Position numbers and translations under genes: made by a program
NCBI RefSeq assembly: GCF_006345805.1
Contig: NW_021834277.1
Coordinates: forward strand, 1-50,047
Direction of reading: 5' to 3'
Origin: Octopus sinensis
Taxonomy: Eukaryota
DNA length: 50,047 nt
Notes under the pieces: model-generated
What the model saw: the letters and a program-made list of their open reading frames with translations, nothing else
What the model was told of the DNA's origin: nothing
The model's database searches: none
Shown here: in pieces, positions 48,083-50,047 of the stretch
Layout of the letters: each line of letters starts with the position of its first letter
How positions within the stretch are numbered: position 1 is the first letter of the stretch

Positions 48083-48897
48083 TTTTAGTCAAACAAATAG
48101 ACCCCAGGACTTATTCTTTGTAAGCCTAGTACTTATTCTATCGGTCTCTTTTGCCAAGCTGCTACGTAACGGGGGAAGTAAACTCACCAACATCGGTTGT
48201 CAATCAATAGTGAGGGGACAAACACAAACACACAAATACATACATATATAAATATACACAACGGACTTCTTTCAGTTTCCGTCTACCAGATCCACTCACA
48301 AGGCTTTGGTTGGCTCGAGGCTACAGTAGAAGACACTTGCTCAAAGTGCCACGCAGTGGAACTGAACCCGTAACCATGTGGTTGGGAAGCAAGCTTCTTA
48401 CCACACAGCCACGCCTGTGCCCTATATCTGTGATTTTTAAAGACGTTCCGTTCGTGACTATCTCATTCTTTCTTAAACATTATCTTCTTTTACCATTTTT
48501 TATCTTGTTTCAGTCATCAGACAGCGGCCACGCTGAGGCACCGCATTGAAGAGCTTTTTAGTCGAATGAATCCACCCCAATACTAATTATTTTTTATGGA
48601 AAGCCTTGTACTTATTCTATTGATTATTTTTGCCGAACCGTTAAGTTACAGTGGCTTAAACACCATCACCGGTTCTCAAGAGGTGGTGGAACACACACAC
48701 ACACATGCATGCATGCATGCATACATACATATACGACAGGCTTCTTTCTGTTTCCGCCTACCAAATCCACTCGCAAGGCTTTGGTCGGCCCGAGGCTATA
48801 GTAGAAGACACTTGCCGAAGGTGCCACGCAGTGGGACTGAACCTGGAACCATGTGGTTGAGAAGCAAGCTTCTTACCACACAGCCACGCCTGCGCCT
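48083..48897 (-). mobile_element. Two tandem SINE A copies (48083-48421, 48497-48897)
   Basis: Both colinear with the family on the minus strand. Confidence 0.9.
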
Positions 48898-49420
48898 GTA
48901 AGCCACATTGGCTGAGTTCATCTCACACTAACGAGAATAGCCAAGAAGTACTTCAAGCCAACAGAACAACACCAAAGCGGTTGCTCGACTTTATAGAGAC
49001 AGCAGCCAATTCACCCTCATATTAAACACAAAGAGCAACACATGAGTTCCAGGGGAAGAGATACCCCACCCCGTTAGGAATGCCTATGATCAGAGAGAAG
49101 TATCTCTGTCCTCTGAGGGCTGACCCAGGGCTATACAACAACGAAATCAGCAACAGTTAGCACATTTCTTGCTATCAATAAAATCCCAGTTAATTAGATG
49201 AGTTAATTAAACCAATTTAGACTAATTAATTTCGTCTTTACAGTTGCTCTGTTCTCTAATTACCCCAACGTGGTTCTAGCATGGTGGTTATTTATGTCAG
49301 TAAGAGCAGCACTAAGACACAAAGGTTTTGAGTTCGATCTCGGGTTAAAGCGGAGGTGTTGCTCAGCGTATGTGTGTGCATATACACTCTGTCCTTGTAC
49401 TTCATTGTGTATATTTCCGT

Positions 49421-49830
49421 GTGTGCGGCTATGTGGTAAGAAGCTTGCTTCTCAACCCCAAGGTTCCAGGTTCAGTCCCACTGCATGGCACCTTGGGCAA
49501 GTGTCTTCTACTATAGCCCCAGGTTGACCAAAATTTTGTAAGTAGATTTAACGGGCAGAAACTGAAAGAAGCCCTTCGTATATATGTATGTATGTATCTG
49601 TGTGTGTGTGTGTATCTTCGTGTATGTGTTTATCCTCCCAACACCGCTTGACAACCGGTATTGGTGTGTTTACACCTCCGTAACTTAGCGGTTCGGCCAA
49701 AAAGGCCAATAGAATAAATACTAAGCTTTAACAAATAGTAAGTTCTGGGGGGTCGATATATTCGAGTGAAACCCTTCAAGGTGGCACTCCAGCATGGCCG
49801 CAGTCAAATGACTGAAACAAGTAAAAGAAT
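49421..49830 (+). mobile_element. SINE family A
   Basis: Head to AAGTAAAAGA tail. Confidence 0.9.
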
Positions 49831-50047
49831 GGGGGTTTTTTTTCCCCTGTTGAATCAGGACAAACTGAAGCTGGGAGGCTGAGGATGGCGGCGGCGGCGG
49901 CGGCGGCGGCGGGGGCAGATAAGGGCTGCAAATAATTGTTGAGGGTGCAATGATGTATAATAATATTTGTTGAATCGAGTGAAACCTATTATAAATATTG
50001 ATGGAGGAAGATACAAAAAAAAACCCAAAATAGGGAGCAGGGAGCAA

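Noticed and set aside
8865-49830. SINE heads as tRNA genes; repeated units as CRISPR arrays
   Set aside because: Heads lack a full cloverleaf and continue into SINE bodies; there is no repeat-spacer periodicity and the DNA is eukaryotic.
11-50047. Long low-complexity ORFs (poly-M/V/H/T, CVCV, YIYI, ERER; up to 293 aa)
   Set aside because: They are translations of microsatellites, open in several frames and on both strands, with no domain content.

Overview
AT-rich animal genomic DNA with very high microsatellite density, probably Octopus/coleoid cephalopod (inferred from recall of the repeat families, not from a search). I recognise no intact protein-coding gene. Almost all ORF-track entries are translations of (TA)n, (CA)n, (TATG)n, (GAT/GGT)n or (GA)n tracts. 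The window is mostly mobile DNA: three tRNA-type SINE families (called A, B, C here), a degraded pogo-like DD35D transposase, a deleted Tc1/mariner element, two mariner-type MITEs, hAT-type remnants, a non-autonomous Helitron with canonical ends, and 3' fragments of an RTE-clade LINE and probably an RLE-type LINE. A few weak exon, promoter and enhancer candidates lie in the unique islands. The most notable signal is RNA-structural. At least four small, sequence-distinct elements associated with (TA)n tracts carry minimal type I hammerhead-ribozyme motifs of the kind known from Penelope-like elements and retrozymes. The best (21554-21596, +) has a compensated U3-A8 core, a GUC cleavage site and a palindromic helix III, and caps a ~140-nt rod-like hairpin. 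Related minus-strand motifs show stem covariation, and one copy's homology ends at the predicted cleavage site. All structures were folded by eye and none is experimentally shown.
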